Part shown: positions 51,278 to 63,612 of the stretch, piece after piece | Layout: each line of letters opens with the position of its first letter | How positions within the stretch are numbered: the first letter of the stretch is position 1 | DNA from: Eledone cirrhosa | Taxonomy: Eukaryota | Assembly (NCBI GenBank): GCA_964016885.1 | Contig: OZ024745.1 | Span: forward strand, 43,524,001 to 43,588,000 | DNA length: 64,000 nt | Reading direction: 5' to 3' | The notes under the pieces: generated by a model | Databases searched by the model: none | Seen by the model: only the letters and a program-made list of their open reading frames with translations | Told to the model about the DNA's origin: nothing | Translations under genes and position numbers: made by a program

Positions 51278-51585
51278 ATATGACTTTCGGAAACATTTTT
51301 TCAAGCTTAGAGTTGCTGAAGCATGGAACAAACTGCCTGCGTCAGTTGTTAGCTGCCGAGACACTGCATCCTTTAAAACCCTCATGCTTCCCGAAATTTG
51401 CCAAAACTACACCTGATGCCCCACTTCCATACACATGCACACATGTGTATATCATGAATAATGCACTGTTCATTTTCCTGACGTTTGTACATTACCCTAT
51501 GTACTATACATACACTTTTGATGAGTTGTAGTGCACCTGAGCACTGTACACAATATTTTCATTATTATCATTATTATTATTAATA
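51278..51585 (+). mobile_element. CR1-like LINE 3' end
   Basis: Reads DFRKHFF..RVAEAWNKLPASVVSCRDTASFK (CR1 ORF2 C-terminal motif), then a UTR and (ATT)n tail. Confidence 0.72.
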
Positions 51586-51711
51586 TATTGACATAGTTTA
51601 ACACTTGGCATATAATTTCAATTAAACTATTTTAATTTTTAACTCTTTTCTTAAATTCAGTAAACATATCCTAATATCTATCATAAAGTTTATCTTTTAC
51701 ATATATTTCAG

Positions 51712-51837
51712 AACAAAGATGTCCGAATGCATGAAATTATTAGGCTGGCTCATGAACTTCTTCAGTGCTTTTGTCTCGGAAATCCTGCAAATCAGGTCTT
51801 GCTTCATAAAGAAGTTGACCTTTTCCTCAACCCTGGA
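51712..51837 (+). CDS. ITPR: ITPR exon ([33 protein letters not shown]...FLNPG)
   Basis: cag|AAC ... GGA|gtaag. Confidence 0.95.
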
Positions 51838-51902
51838 GTAAGTTATTTAAGCTATTGCTACCAATATATTATATCATAATTATTATTATATTTCTACATT
51901 TT

Positions 51903-52250
51903 GGTTTCAAATCCCACCAAGGTCAAATTTGCCTTTCGTCCTTTCAGGGGTGATAAAATAAAGTACCAGTCAAGTACTGGAATTGATTGAATTGACTTTC
52001 CCTTCCCCCCACAAAGTGTTGACCTTGTACCTGAAACAGAAACCATTATTATTATTGGTGAATTGGCAGTATCGGTAGAGGGTCAGACGCCTGCTTTTAT
52101 GCATAGAGTTACGGCCCTTGCCATTCTGAGTTCAAATCCCGCCGAGGTTAACTTTGCCTTTCATCCTTATGGGGTCGATAGAATAAAGTACCAGTAATGT
52201 ACTGGGTAATTGCTGGCCTTGTGCCAAAAGTAGAAACAATTATTATTATT
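51903..52250 (+). mobile_element. Two tandem tRNA-derived SINE copies
   Basis: Core and tail as in 54258-54448; the second copy (52056-52250) is near full length. Confidence 0.85.
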
Positions 52251-53068
52251 GTACCTGATGGCAACCAAGTTTTACTTTATCTTTGTACTATTTGTAATTT
52301 ATGCAGATTTGACTATTAATATTATTGATAACCTGGCACTACTAATCAATCATTAAATGGTTTTCTAGTTTCGTTTGACTTTAGAGAAAATATGTTTGAT
52401 TTTTATATTCAGATCATCCTGCTTTGATTTTCAGCTTGGTATTTTAACTCTTTCAATTACCCCCAGGAAATGGAATTGTTGTTTATAACCTTGAAATACA
52501 GCTCTGTACTTTTAAAAATACATTTTTAACTGATACATTTTTACTTTTTACTTGCAAAAAAAAAAAAGGGGGTGAAATGATTTTTCAATCATGCCACAAT
52601 CTCTCTAGTGCTGATGCCATGATAAATTCAGTACACTGAGAAGTGGTTGGTTATAGGAAGAGCATCCGGTTGTAGAAACCATGCTAAAAAAAGAGCCATA
52701 AGGACTCTTCAGTTGTGTCCCTCTCTAGTGTTGGTGATATAAATACACCCAGTACACCCAGTAAAGGGGTTGGTAATAGGAAGGGCCTCCAGCTGTAAAA
52801 AACCTGCCAAACAAAAAGGTTGGGAAGACAACAGCCTCCCTAGTGTTTGTGCCATGATAAAATGCACCTAGTACACTCTGTAGAGTACAGGAATGTATGC
52901 GAGATGCCGGCCTCCAGCTCTTCAGAGAGGTCACTAGCTCTGATAAGTACTGACTTGGCCAGTGATGACCCATCCAACCTGTTCTAGTAGGAAAAACAGA
53001 AGTTAAATGATGATAATGTTAATGTATTTCTTTCTTTTTTTTTCTCAATTCTTTTTACCTCCTTTCAG

Positions 53069-53269
53069 TTATTGGAAGCTCAGACAATGAAATCCATTTT
53101 CGAAGATAATGCACTATTATGCAATGAAATTTCTGAACGCATTGTGCAGCATTTTGTTCATTGTATAGAGACACATGGCAGGCATGTTCAGTATCTGAAG
53201 TTTCTTCAAACTATTGTTAAAGCTGAAGGACAATACATCAGAAAAAGTCAAGACATGGTAATGGCTGAG
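53069..53269 (+). CDS. ITPR: ITPR exon ([11 protein letters not shown]...[19 protein letters not shown]...QDMVMAE)
   Basis: cag|TTA ... GAG|gtaag. Confidence 0.96.
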
Positions 53270-53631
53270 GTAAGGATTTTACATGATGTTGACATACACT
53301 GAACTAAATTTGTTGAAACTGTAATTTGAATTTCTTGTAAAATCATATTTCATACCATTGAAAAATGAAGATGCTGATAGATTTTTAACTGGTAGATTTT
53401 CATCTTTCTGGGAGGATTGATGAATTTATTTTTATATTTTCATATTGAAAATGGATGCCTGGTTTTTCTTTTAGTTTTCAAATATTGACTGAAGTGAGCA
53501 CATTTTATGTATTGTTTCTTTGATATTTTTTTTCTTTTGCAATAAATCAGGATTTGATTCCCCTTTAGAAAATACATATCAAGTGATCAAATAGATATTG
53601 GATTGACTGTTATTTTCTTGGCTTTCTGTAG

Positions 53632-53883
53632 CTCATCAGTGTTGGAGAGGAAGTACTTTTGTTTTACAATGATAAACCCTCGTTTGAAAATTTGGTACAA
53701 TTAATGCGATCTGAACGCCATCGCTCTGATGAGCGGAGTCCACTGGCTTACCACATCAATTTAGTACAGTTATTAGCTTTGTGTACAGAAGGCAAGAATG
53801 TATATACAGAAATCAAATGTCACTCACTGCTGCCTTTAGATGATATTGTTAAAGTTGTGATTAATGAAAACTGTATTCCTGAG
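53632..53883 (+). CDS. ITPR: ITPR exon ([14 protein letters not shown]...[23 protein letters not shown]...CIPE)
   Basis: tag|CTC ... GAG|gtgag. Confidence 0.96.
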
Positions 53884-54257
53884 GTGAGTTGCTATTTTTT
53901 TCAATCTTGACAGTTTTACATACACAATTGTTGAAAATACGTTTAATGGTTCACCACATTTTTTTTTTATTTCATTTATTAAGTAGTTTAGGTTGACTTT
54001 TTTTTTTTAAAAGAAGTTTTAGTGAAGAAAAAATTGTGGTTGTTGCTGTCTACTCTAGAGTTGAAAAAGTTTGATTAGATTTACAAGTTAGTGTGACCTT
54101 GTAATATCAAAAGCTAAAAAGGTATAACTGATACACATGTGACCTTGTAATATCAAAAGCTAAAAAGGTATAACTGATACACATCTAAAAATTAAATGTA
54201 AGAATGCAGGGTTAAACTTTGTCTGAAACCTTGGTTTTATTATTTATTATTAAATAA

Positions 54258-54448
54258 GGGCGGTGGATTGGCAGTATCAGTAGAGAGTCGGACGCCATGC
54301 TTTCCAGCATAGTTACATCCCTTTACGGTCTGAGTTCAAATCCCGCCGAGGTTAACTTTGCCTTTCATCCTTACGGGGTCGATAAAATAAAGTACCAGTA
54401 ATGTACTGGGTAATTGCTGGCCTTGTGCCAAAAGTAGAAACAATTATT
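54258..54448 (+). mobile_element. Full-length tRNA-derived SINE with TSD (Meta/Sauria-like core)
   Basis: A-box tggcagtatcagtag, B-box gagttcaaatccc, core ctttcatccttacggggtcgataaaataaagtaccag; flanked by duplicated tattattaaataa. More than 15 copies or fragments in the window. Confidence 0.9.
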
Positions 54449-54884
54449 TATTATTAAATAAAAAATATTAAAAATACATTCTTGTTACAGTCATAGAACA
54501 TAAATAGATGTAGCTAAATACTAAGATCTTTTGTCAGGTACACTGTTGGTTCTACCATCTTTATCTCTGATAATGATTTTAACATCATTCAATTTTTATT
54601 TAATGTTTATATTCATACTTCATATGATTATTTAACTGTCTTATTATTATCATTTCCTTTACGTTCAGAGTTCAAATCCTGCTGAGGTTAGCTTTGTCTT
54701 TCATCCTTATGGTATTGATAAAATAAAGTACCACTAATGCACTGGGGTCAATTTAATCAACTTTCCCCATCCCCAAATTGTTGGCCTTGTCCCTTAATCA
54801 GAAAACATTATTATCATTCCCTTCACTACAAATTGCGCCAAATGTAGAAACAATTATTTAACTGTTTAGTGCTATATTTTTCAG

Positions 54885-55010
54885 GTAAAAATAGCATATA
54901 TCAATTTTCTAAACCACTGCTATGTAGATACAGAAGTTGAAATGAAGGAAATTTATACAAGCAATCATTTATGGAAATTGTTTGAAAATTTTTTGCTTGA
55001 CATGGCTATT
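54885..55010 (+). CDS. ITPR: ITPR exon ([42 protein letters not shown])
   Basis: cag|GTA ... ATT|gtaag. Confidence 0.96.
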
Positions 55011-55250
55011 GTAAGTAAATTTTAACTTCTATGCTTGCATTATTTTTGCACTCTTACTTACTGTTGACATTCTATAACTTACTTATTCCTTCTTATTTCT
55101 GTCTTTGATTTCAAGTATAAATTTTACTATATAATTATGCTATCTTTTAGTATCTTCTGACAATCTATCAATTTTCCAGATTGTGGATGTTTGCAATATT
55201 CAGCTTTATACCTGGAGCTTTTATGCTTATGTTTATCATTCTCTTTTCAG

Positions 55251-55379
55251 GTAAGCAATGCAACAACTGACCGACAACATGCTGATCTTGTCCTTGAACA
55301 GTATGTCACCACTATAATAACTAGTATCATCACAACATTTTTTAATTCACCTTTTTCTGACCAAAGTACTGCTGTACAA
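55251..55379 (+). CDS. ITPR: ITPR exon ([12 protein letters not shown]...[14 protein letters not shown])
   Basis: cag|GTA ... CAA|gtaag, 129 nt. Confidence 0.95.
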
Positions 55380-55589
55380 GTAAGGCTTCAATTTTTTTTC
55401 TTTGATTTTATTTCATGTTCTATTGCATGAGTTTCTTATGCAGAAATATCATAGTCAGGTTGTTAAGATATTGAAAAATTTATTGAAATATTTTTGCAAC
55501 TAGAATTGCTTTGTGCTCACAGACAAATTATGTTATCTAAATGCCTCCATATTTAAAATATATGTAGGTATTATGTATTGTCTAAACAC

Positions 55590-56035
55590 CCCTTACTCTC
55601 TTCAGTGTAGCTGAAAATATATAACATAGGTAAGCTATATTATACACACTCAATCAGTGTAATTAAAAATATATAACATGGGTAAGCTATATTATACACA
55701 CTCAATCGGTGTAACTAAAAATATATAACATGGGTAAGCTATATTATACACACTCAATCAGTGTAGCTGAAAATATATAACATAGGTAAGCTATATTATA
55801 CACTCTCAATCAGTGTAACTAAATATATATAACATGGGTAAGCTATATTATACACACTCAAGCAGTGTAGCTGAAAATATATAACATAGGTAAGCTATAT
55901 TATACACACTCAATCAGTGTAGCTGAAAATATATAAGCTGAGTAAGCTGTATTATACACCCTCAATCAGTGTAGCTGAAAATATATAAGCTGAGCAAGCT
56001 ATATTATCTGACTGTCTCCATCAGTCTAGTTAAAA
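55590..56035. repeat. 52-bp minisatellite, ~8 units
   Basis: cagtgtagctgaaaatatataacataggtaagctatattatacacactcaat at 55603, 55655, 55707 and onward. Confidence 0.95.
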
Positions 56036-56087
56036 AATATATACTATTCTCATATATACAAAAATGATTGACATTACAAAGATATAT

Positions 56088-57046
56088 AACTAGACATGAA
56101 AAATGCGCAAGCTCAAAAGTGCCACAGAATGTTATAATAAACCTTCAAAAGTGTGGGACTAGAGTTGTTGCTAAAAAATATTGTAATCATTATATATCGT
56201 ACATTCTGTGGCATCCTTTATAAAAATAGCTTAAACCAACGAAGCCTTTATTTTTACGCTATTTCACTTAGTTAATTCTTAGAGTGTAACATATAAAAAT
56301 ATGATTTACAACTATAAAATAAATTAATTAATATAATAACAGAGCTGTGGAGCTGAAATTTAGGAAATAATGGAATATCGGATCCTGAGTTGGAGCCAGT
56401 CAATTTTTGGCCGACTCCGCAGCCCTGTATAATACATTTCATATTAAAGTTATTAATAAACCTATTTTACACTTCATGCAAATTACCACGAGATATTGAT
56501 ATTAGATATAAGATACAGCGCAATATCTACAGCTGTAAAAGTACGAAAGCGAAGTAATAATAAGTGGCTTAAGGTAATTCCAATATGAAAGTTTGTAGTG
56601 ATAAAAATTTGATAATGCAATACGATTGTTAATATTATAGTTCTATGAAAATGTAACAATAGATAACTAAATTATTTTACTATTAGTATATTTAAGAAAT
56701 TATCATTATAGATTTGATCGTTCATATAAGCATCATATTAAGTTTCAACACAATTATTTTGTTACTATGAGTATATGATAATAATATTACGTAATTATTT
56801 ATAGCTGTTATTACATTAAACATAGATGTATTTATTTTTATATGTTACACTCTAAGAATTAACTAAGTGAAATAGCGTAAAAATAAAGGCTTCGTTGGTT
56901 TAAGCTATTTTTATAAAGGATGCCACAGAATGTACGATATATAATGATTACAATATTTTTTAGCAACAACTCTAGTCCCACACTTTTGAAGGTTTATTGT
57001 AACATTCTGTGGCACTTTTGAGCTTGCGCATTTTTCATGTCTAGTT
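56088..57046. repeat. Long inverted repeat, 214-bp arms (56088-56301 / 56833-57046)
   Basis: The arms are reverse complements with one mismatch that I could see; ~530-bp spacer. Confidence 0.92.
56340..56427. mobile_element. Tiny hAT-like MITE
   Basis: cagagctgtggag / ctccgcagccctg TIRs; 8-bp TSD tataataa / tataatac. Confidence 0.7.
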
Positions 57047-58268
57047 TAATATTTTTTTAAGGCAACGCTTGTAATAACTCTAGTTAAACAGGATATATAT
57101 TAATAATAAATTATCGTTGTAATGTAATTAGATTATGTAATTGTTATTATAAATTATCTTATAAATATTAGTGTAAGATGTATAAAAATATTTTCAGACT
57201 TTTAATATAAACAACTACAAAAAACAATCAATATTAAATCAATATATTATACATAATAGAAAACATAAAATATACAATACAAAAACAAAATATTTACATA
57301 CAATTGCAATTATCAGTGTATATACATTTTCTTTATATTCCCTGAGCAAATTAATAAGATTTGTTTTTATTGTACATAATTTGACGACTTGTTGGAGTGT
57401 ATTAAAAGATAGCAACAATTTGTGATTAAATTGTTATCTTAAGCAACTCACTTTTTAATAGTTGTTGGCTGAGCGAAATTGTAAAAGCCTATGAGCAAAT
57501 ATAAAAAAAAATACACAAACAACATTTCCTTGTGTTATTACAACATTAGATAAAATAATTGAGCAATGTCGTTATATTTTGCTCTTATTGCACATTAATA
57601 GTGTTTCTATTTTTCGGCACAAATCCATTACGGCAGTCCATTACTGGTACTTTATTTTATCGAATTAGTAAGTATGAAAGTCGAAGTTAACCTCGGCAGG
57701 ATTTGAACTTAGAATGCAAAGGACCATAACAATACTGCAAAGCATGGTGTCTGACGCTCAACCAATACTTGTGTTGAGCTGGTCATTAATTTATGGTGGT
57801 CGTGCGTGGAGTAGAGCAATCGCTAGTTGAAATATTATGAACAAAACATTTTTATTTGCCGAAGAACATATTTTCAATACTGTTTGTGAATGTGACGAAG
57901 GAAATACATTCTGATATGGAACAGTGTACAAAGTGTGTCTGTGAATAACATAATGTTACCTCATGTTGTTGTCAAGACATAATGGATTTCGTATATCCAG
58001 TTAGAAGATGAAACCTAGCCATCTCGGATTAGTTATATTTCATGCCATGTGTAAACGTGTTTGAGGATAGCAAAATATGCGTGTTTCTTGTCTGGAAACT
58101 TTCTGCTAAACTGATTGGTTTCAGTATATATTTAATATAATATTAATATATTTTGTAATATTATTAACTAATTATTATAATTAGCGCTTCAGGCTTTGTC
58201 TATATACTGAAACAAATTTGTAAGTCATTACCTAATTAAACTCTTTGCTTGAAATGTTATCATTCTTC

Positions 58269-58339
<71 letters not shown>

Positions 58340-60022
58340 TTTATCTAGTCCTTCGCTCAAGATTAATCTATAAGTTTAGATGTCTGCCTTCGTTTAAGTA
58401 AATATTACAGTAAGATTTTTAATATAAACAACTACAAAAAACAATTAATATTAAAACGAAAAAATTATCAATGATAAAAGAAGCGGATGCAACTTTTTTT
58501 TTTATAAAGTTATATTCCTGTTTCTTTAAAGAACATTTCATTTTTGTTCTATTGTAGGCGAAATAATGCAATGGTTTAATAGGGAAGATATAACTTACGA
58601 ATTATGTCTCTAACCGTGTAACGCTTTTTAAGTAGATAACTACAATTGAAAATACTAAAGAAATGGAACCAACAATTCAATTTGAAAGTCGTCTAGTGAC
58701 AGTGTATTACTGGTACTTTATTTTATCGACCCCGTAACGATGAAAGGCAAAAATGCAAATGCTTAAAATTTAAATTGCCTTAATTCTATCGTCTGCTGTT
58801 TCATTAAAGGGAGATTCTCGTCTGTAGTTAATTCTATCGTCTACTGTTCCACTAAACAGATATACCTCCACTATCGTCTCTATTTATACATTTTAACTTA
58901 TAACTTATACACATTTGATTTGAAATATTTTATCTAGTCCCCCCTCTCAATATTATGATGATTTCTTTCGAATGAAACAGTTCTAGTCCTGTAGAAGCCA
59001 TTTATATATATAATTGAACTGAGTTAAAAATTCACAATATTTATAATTAAATAAGCTCATATATATATGTGTGTATTTATCTGTTTATTGTATTATATAT
59101 AATGTGTGTATATACAGGATGTCCCCCCAAAATATATACACACTTCAACAGCATTCTAATAACTATTGCCTGTACAGGTAATCAAAGTGTCAATCGAATG
59201 TTAGTTTCGTGTTTTAACAGTACAAATTTACAATACACACATAAAACCAGTGTATATACATACATGAGTGTGTATACACATACATGAATGTGTATATACA
59301 ATATATATGTATATATATATAGACACATATATTCACGGTGCAACGGTACATTAAAATATAGATGCGGGAGAGGGGGGTGTGTATATATAGGGGCGCTGGG
59401 GATAAAGGAGTGTAAAGCGTGTGTAATTGATATATTGAAGGAGAGGAGCGTGCAGCGATAGAGTAACAAATATATAGAGAGGGGGAGAGATGGTATTGAA
59501 GGGGAGGAGTGCAAAGCGAAAGAGTAAGAGATATATATAGAGACGGAACAGATAGAGAGAAACAGGCGTAAGTAACAGTGGAAGAGATATAGAGAGAGGT
59601 ACTCTGATTGGTTGAAAATTAGCCAATGACATATGATCACCACCACCACGGCTATCCCCGAAAAATTTTTAAAGAAGCTAGGCATATATGTTAGAACACG
59701 AAAAGTGAACATTCTGTTGTTTCACACTTTTCGTGTTCTAACAGATAACCATGATGGTCAAAACTAACTGAACAACTAATTAGGAGAACTATAAAAATAA
59801 TAGAAAATGTTAATGCATCTGATTTTTTTTTTTTTTTTTTTTTTTGTTCTCTTTAAACTATAACATTTACTGTAGAAATAAATAGTTTAGCTTCTTAAAG
59901 ATTTATTGTTCTGTCTATGCTGTAAGTGTTGAATCCTTTGTGGAATATAAATTTCATTGATACACTGCAATAGTTGTTACTAATTTACTAATCATGTCAG
60001 TATATGAATTTCTTTTTAACAG

Positions 60023-60143
60023 ACAAGGCAACCTGTGTTTATAAAACTGCTTCAGGGTGTTCACCGGCTATCCCAATGTTTGTGGCTGAATGGTATACAG
60101 CGATACAATGTTGAAAGTTGTATCAAAACTCTTGCTGATATTG
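60023..60143 (+). CDS. ITPR: ITPR exon (TRQPVFIKLLQG...VESCIKTLADI)
   Basis: cag|ACA ... G|gtaaa, phase 0-1. Confidence 0.94.
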
Positions 60144-60392
60144 GTAAAATATTTTTCATTTATACTTGGGGTTTTTTTTAATACTAACTCTTAATAATCT
60201 ATACCACAACATATTGCTAATTAGGAATACATGTTACCAGACTTCACTCATTTCATACTTTCTCACTTATACCATATTAGAGACATTAAAGACTTTCATT
60301 GATTAAAATATTTAAAGAAATCTACACTCAGATTTCTTATTATGTAATTTTCAATTTCATAAGTTTTTCTATTGATTTTTTTTTTGTTTCAG

Positions 60393-60571
60393 CAAAGAAC
60401 CGAAGTATTGCAATTCCTGTTGATTTGGCCACACAAGTAAAGAATTTATTTGCTAAATCTCAAATTGTCATGAAACACACCAAGCATTGGATAGCTACTG
60501 GCAAAAAACGAGAGTCTCTTCATTCCTCTTCAGTGTCCCATGATTACAGAGTTATCATTGAGGGTTTGCAG
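60393..60571 (+). CDS. ITPR: ITPR exon (AKNRSIAIPVDLATQV...DYRVIIEGLQ)
   Basis: cag|CA ... CAG|gtgag, phase 1-0. Confidence 0.95.
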
Positions 60572-61584
60572 GTGAGTGACTTTGTTTGATGTTATATGAA
60601 GGTGGTGAAAGCTGGTGAATTGGCAGAGTGGTTAGAGCAGCAGTTTTAAAATGCTTTAATATGATTGAGTTCAAATCCTGCTCAGGCCTTTCACCCTTTC
60701 AAGGTCGATAAAGTATCAATGCAGCACTGGAGTTTGTTCTTTCGTTCTTCCTCTCTCTTTCTCTCCCTCTATATCTCACTCACTCTCTCTCTCTCTCACA
60801 CTCTCTCCCATTCTCTCTCTTTCACTTTCTATGGAAGAAATAGGCAGTGATCCAACCTGGAGTTGGGTGGGCTCTACCAAGTTTAAAATGCCCAAGACAC
60901 ACTGTGTCAGGACAGCACTCTTATGATTCCATCACAAGTTAAGGGGCCCTCATGTTATACACACTGACTTTGCTAAAATTAAGTCTAGGAAATATTTCTT
61001 TCTTCAATTCTTTTTGTAATTTTTTTTATTTTTTATTAATATAAAACAATGGCATTATTTTTATTACAACTGTTATTACACCTGGATATCATTACACTTA
61101 GATATTCTATCTACTGCTTGAAATAGAAGTTTTTTTTCTCTCTCTCAGCCTTACCAATGTATGAGGTGATGTCGATGAGGGTGTTTGGTTATTCCAGCAT
61201 ATTAGACTTACTATCACATGCAGCAGTGCTGTAAGTGTGCTGGCTTGCCTAAAATATTATTAGAGAGAAACTCCAGTGCCTTTCATTATGGTGTATGATT
61301 GAGTGTGCATGTCTTCTCCCACGTTTTTCTTTTTTTTCTTGATATAGATTGTGTGTATTTGTATGTTTACTAACTTTTAACTTAATTATAAAAAAAAAGC
61401 AATAACAGCAGAGTATTATACACAAGCAACTATACATATATGCAAGCATATGAGACCTCTGTGGCATACTTAGATTAAATTTGTTCTCCTTCATTTGAAG
61501 TATTTCCACCTTACTAAGTGTTAAAAAATGAAAAGCATCATTTTATTTACCCTTCATATAGAAATGGCTTCTTTTAACTTACAG

Positions 61585-61733
61585 GAAATTGTAGCTCTTC
61601 TGGAAGAACAGCTGAAACCTTTAGTCCAAGCTGAGATGTCTGTGCTTGTTGATGTCCTTCACCATCCCGAGCTCTTGTTTGTTCATGGAACAGAAGCTCG
61701 TATCAAATGTGAAAGTGGAGGTTTTATTTCTAG
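61585..61733 (+). CDS. ITPR: ITPR exon ([32 protein letters not shown]...CESGGFIS)
   Basis: cag|GAA ... AG|gtatg, phase 0-2. Confidence 0.96.
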
Positions 61734-63122
61734 GTATGTGTCTTATTCTGTATATTTTCATCAATCCATAAACCTATTTATATTTATATAACTTTATTTT
61801 TACCTATTCATCTGCAATTATGTTTGTGTCTAGTTATCTGCTTGTATATGTCTTCTCTGGCAGTCGTACTTTAGTATTTTTTTAATGGCAGTTATTTTTA
61901 CATGATAGCTTAATTTTGATTACTGTTGGTGTTTAGCCTCAGGTTAACAGTAATTAAGTAAACCTCTGATCAAAGCCATTCTAGCTGTGAACATCCTTAC
62001 TTTTCTATATACATAGTGTATCTAGAGCTGTATCATCTATTGTGTACCTCTTTTTTAAAACAATAGGTCTGATTTGAGGAATATCTAGCTACTATTTGTA
62101 ACAGGTAAATTAACCAAGTAGTGTCTCTCTTATGGGCTTACAATTTTGGTAATTATATTTTTTGATGCTATATAAGTATTTCAGTGGATTGAGTCATTTC
62201 TTTATTAGACTCAATGCAAGTATTTTAATAAGTTCGGATTATTGTAGTGTTTTTTATGTAAATGCCAGAACAAATACTAGAATGGCAGGTCTATGAGCCT
62301 TTTCAGTCTCCCTGCCATGGTTGAAGGAAAGAGGGAAATCTATCTTTAGACCATAGACATGGTCTAAATGATTGCAACAGAATGTATTCCCCTAGAGACA
62401 CCCCTCAGCCAATTGGTAATGTTAAACTCAGCAACAGATTAAGTTTACCAATCCAGATTAGGAATGTTTCATCTAAAAGGCATCCATATAGTTTCTGTCT
62501 ACTAAATTTCTCTTACAAAGATTTAGTCAACATGAGTATTTAATAGAAAACACTTGCCCAAGATACCATGCAGTGGGATTGAACCCCAAACCACTGCATA
62601 TCATATTAGGTAATTCTCAATGTAACTCAAGGTAACTTTCTAGTTGAAATTACTTCTATTTTTAATTATTTGTGAAAAACACTTTAAAACCACAAAATGT
62701 TGCTTTTTTTCATAAGCATAAAGAATGCTCTGGGTAGATGGAACTCATCAGCCTAGGAGGGCAGTCCATCTAAGAGAAGGCAAACTCTGATTTTAAACCT
62801 CAGCCTTTTGGCTATACCCAATAGGGAGCAATCTGTATTGACTTAATCTTTCCTTAGTCAATTTTAGTTTTCAGTGAGACGTTTCTTCATTCATTTGTGG
62901 TCCTGTATAAACTTAGCAATGTAAAAATTGAGCCAGGCTGGTTCATCTTTGTTATTTGGGGATAACCTGAGCAAAATATTTCTTGAAGTACATAGTAAAT
63001 ACAGGGATTTGTATGAAATTAATAAAGTAAGTAAAAGCTCAAAAGCTGGATCAAAACTAGTTTGTCTTCGTATTAGAAACTATCATCCAACAAACAACAC
63101 TGACCTCTTATGATGATTTCAG

Positions 63123-63234
63123 GCTGATCAAGCACACAGAACGTTTACTGGAGGAGAAGGAAGAGAGATTATGTATCAAGGTACTCCAAACTTTAAAAAA
63201 AATGATGACTGTTGATATCGATTATGGAGAAAAG
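63123..63234 (+). CDS. ITPR: ITPR exon ([28 protein letters not shown]...DYGEK)
   Basis: cag|GCTG ... AAG|gtaaa, phase 2-0. Confidence 0.95.
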
Positions 63235-63604
63235 GTAAAAATAAGTATATTTCATATTATTTATCCATTCTATTTAGTCAGGCAATATCTCTGAATGTTA
63301 TTGAATTCTTGAATTTTTTAAAATATATGTAACAATGTATTTATTAAGTATTCAATACTTTATGACATACATAACACCACAATTGATGGACTGTTGCATT
63401 TCATATGATATTATCATAGGTGTTTCCATCAACATACTCCCTGCTAAAGCAATGAATATAATTCTTCAACTGTATCAAATAGTCTATGTCTGAAAAATAA
63501 TTACCTTACTAACATTTATACTATTTGTCCAAAACTTGTATAGTCTTTCATTTTGTATAGACTCTAATAACTACTAATTTTTCACCACTTTCTTCTTCAT
63601 TTAG

Positions 63605-63612
63605 GGATTAAG
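63605..63612 (+). CDS. ITPR: Candidate 8-nt ITPR microexon (GGATTAAG)
   Basis: Branch-like ctactaat, pyrimidine tract ttttcaccactttcttcttcatttag, then 8 nt and the donor AAG|gtatgt. Splice signals only. Confidence 0.4.

Larger units (their letters stand above)
3564..63234 (+). other. ITPR: Partial multi-exon inositol 1,4,5-trisphosphate receptor gene (26 exons in window)
   Basis: The exons listed below join with consistent phases into one reading frame with IP3R motifs ([99 protein letters not shown]). Confidence 0.97.

Noticed and set aside
53620-53640. Minus-strand CTGATGA..GAAA resembling a hammerhead
   Set aside because: Only 6 nt between the cores, no stems I-III, and it overlaps a constrained splice acceptor. 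CTGATGA at 25371 and ~39648 also lacks a GAAA partner.
54258-54345. tRNA gene suggested by A and B boxes (also 11866 and 52056)
   Set aside because: No cloverleaf; continues into a SINE core and tail and is multicopy.
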